DNA from: Naegleria gruberi
Lineage: Eukaryota
Strand: one strand, 5' to 3'
Assembly: GCA_000004985.1 (NCBI GenBank)
Contig: GG739047.1
Length of the DNA: 9,105 bases
The position numbers and the translations under genes are program-made. Shown one piece after another: positions 8,042-9,105 of this stretch. Position 1 is the stretch's first letter. Each line of letters starts with the position of its first letter. A model generated the notes under the pieces. The model was not told the DNA's origin, searched no databases, and worked only from the letters and a program-made list of their open reading frames with translations.

Positions 8042-8318
8042 AAATAGATCAATGTTTTCAATGCAGTTTCGCTTAGTATTGTATCTTTTAATTTTTTAAA
8101 TGTTCTTCTTTTACGTGTTAGTTCTCTGTTCGCTTTAGTTTTTGGTGTTCCAAAAAGGTGACCACAGCTGAATGAACTTTTCTTCAACTTAAAAAAATTA
8201 TCAGAGACAGATGCTTGGTATCTTTTAAATCAGCACCCATCAAATCATTGTACATCTTTATTGATCATTAGCTGCTGATTATTTTTATTACTGTTTACAA
8301 CATCATCATCATATCGGA

Positions 8319-8960
8319 ATGGAGTTGTTAGTGGTAACTCTACTGAGAATAGCCCTCAAATTGGGGTTAATAGTAATTGATTTTGTATCATGCCTCTTTT
8401 ATTCACCAGCATTATTATTACTCACATTGGCATTGGATATTTCACATAATTATGGAAGTAGAAAGCGTTTATACTCAGACTTTAATAATGGTGTATTGTT
8501 GATCTATTATTTAATGTTTCCAGTCATGTATCCGATCGTTACACTTGCAGTACCATCCATTGTTTTGTATCCAATATTTGCATTCTATGAAACTTATGCT
8601 CTTTACATTTCGGAAAATTCTACAGGTTTTTGGAGTATGATGATTTCATTGACAGTCACCTTCTTGTCCATGTTGGCCATGTCAATTAGAGCTTTCATTG
8701 TGTGGGATGACAAGATTGGAAGAAGCTATCGTAATAGTAATGTAGATATCTTCTCTGATTGGGGTGAATTCCAAATACGTTTGCCTAAACATTTATTTTC
8801 TATTGTAATGTTGGTAAATCCTGTCAGATTCATATACTTTTTAAAACAAGGATACAAATCTCAAACATTATCTGCATTTACTGATTTAATGGCTGATTAT
8901 ACTGTTAAAGCAGTGTTAGATTATTTATGCTTGCCATTTTGTGTATGTATTATTGTTTGA
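8319..8960 (+). CDS. Hypothetical multi-pass membrane protein (213 aa as a single ORF; may continue through a downstream intron)
   Basis: ATG at 8319. It has about 6 hydrophobic helix-length segments, for example LLVVTLLRIALKLGLIVIDFVSCLF, GVLLIYYLMFPVMYPIVTLAV and FWSMMISLTVTFLSMLAMSIRAFIVW. No homology is recognisable by eye. Coding status rests on ORF length in AT-rich DNA. Confidence 0.45.
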   Translation: MELLVVTLLRIALKLGLIVIDFVSCLFYSPALLLLTLALDISHNYGSRKRLYSDFNNGVLLIYYLMFPVMYPIVTLAVPSIVLYPIFAFYETYALYISENSTGFWSMMISLTVTFLSMLAMSIRAFIVWDDKIGRSYRNSNVDIFSDWGEFQIRLPKHLFSIVMLVNPVRFIYFLKQGYKSQTLSAFTDLMADYTVKAVLDYLCLPFCVCIIV

Positions 8961-9002
8961 CTTTTAAATATTTTAACTTGAATTATCAGTTATTGATTGC
9001 AG
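8943..9002 (+). other. Possible 60-bp intron (GTATGT...TTGATTGCAG) at the 3' end of the membrane-protein ORF
   Basis: GTATGT begins exactly at a codon boundary, 5 codons before the TGA stop. A CAG acceptor at 9000-9002 is preceded by a T-rich tract and TTTTAAC. The downstream frame from 9003 (LPCGEFLIFGAKNGHTNYFSEMDAIFLWKYQHIL) is open to the window end. All three downstream frames are open, so this is weak. Confidence 0.25.
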
Positions 9003-9105
9003 TTACCATGTGGAGAATTCCTCATATTTGGAGCCAAAAATGGACACACGAACTATTTTTCAGAAATGGATGCTATATTCTTATGGAAATACCAGCATAT
9101 ACTTG

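Noticed and set aside
3166-8187. Three giant ORFs in the track (3166..8076 +, 3977..8047 +, 4006..8187 -), each over 1300 aa
   Set aside because: They consist almost entirely of X from translating the 4,029-N assembly gap. Only 3166-4012 is real coding sequence on the plus strand.
8301-8312. (CAT)4 microsatellite just upstream of the 8319 ATG
   Set aside because: A trivial short tandem repeat with no evidence of function.
1-9105. Prokaryotic-style interpretation (operons, defence systems, CRISPR)
   Set aside because: GTATGT...AG introns, TATA and AATAAA signals, monocistronic genes with A-rich ATG contexts, and AT-rich intergenic DNA all point to a eukaryotic nuclear locus. No direct-repeat or spacer arrays are present.

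Overview
This is AT-rich eukaryotic nuclear DNA, not prokaryotic. The genes show spliceosomal introns with GTATGT donors, A-rich ATG contexts, an AATAAA signal and a TATA box. About 44% of the window (4013-8041) is a run of 4,029 N, which is an assembly gap. The three giant ORFs in the track that cross it are translated N's and are not real. Supportable content, left to right: (1) On the minus strand, the 5' end of an aldo-keto-reductase gene. It has two exons split by a 51-bp intron, its start codon is at 381-383, and it continues past the window start. (2) A compact ~2.3-kb candidate autonomous DNA transposon at 724-3021. It is bounded by 30-bp perfect terminal inverted repeats and carries a single intact 657-aa ORF at 896-2869. 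That ORF has a DDE/RNase-H-like core including a C(2)H motif, Cys/His clusters, a C-terminal CCHC zinc knuckle and an acidic Ser/Asp/Glu tail. The element sits in the intergenic region between two divergently oriented host genes. (3) The 5' part of a gene for an acidic, lysine-rich, low-complexity protein (3166 to at least 4012), cut off by the gap. (4) After the gap, a 213-aa multi-pass membrane-protein ORF at 8319-8960 that may continue through a 60-bp intron. There are no rRNA, tRNA or CRISPR features. The transposon is the best candidate for something undescribed, but the sequence alone cannot tell me whether it is a new family or a member of a known superfamily. Organism identity is unresolved.
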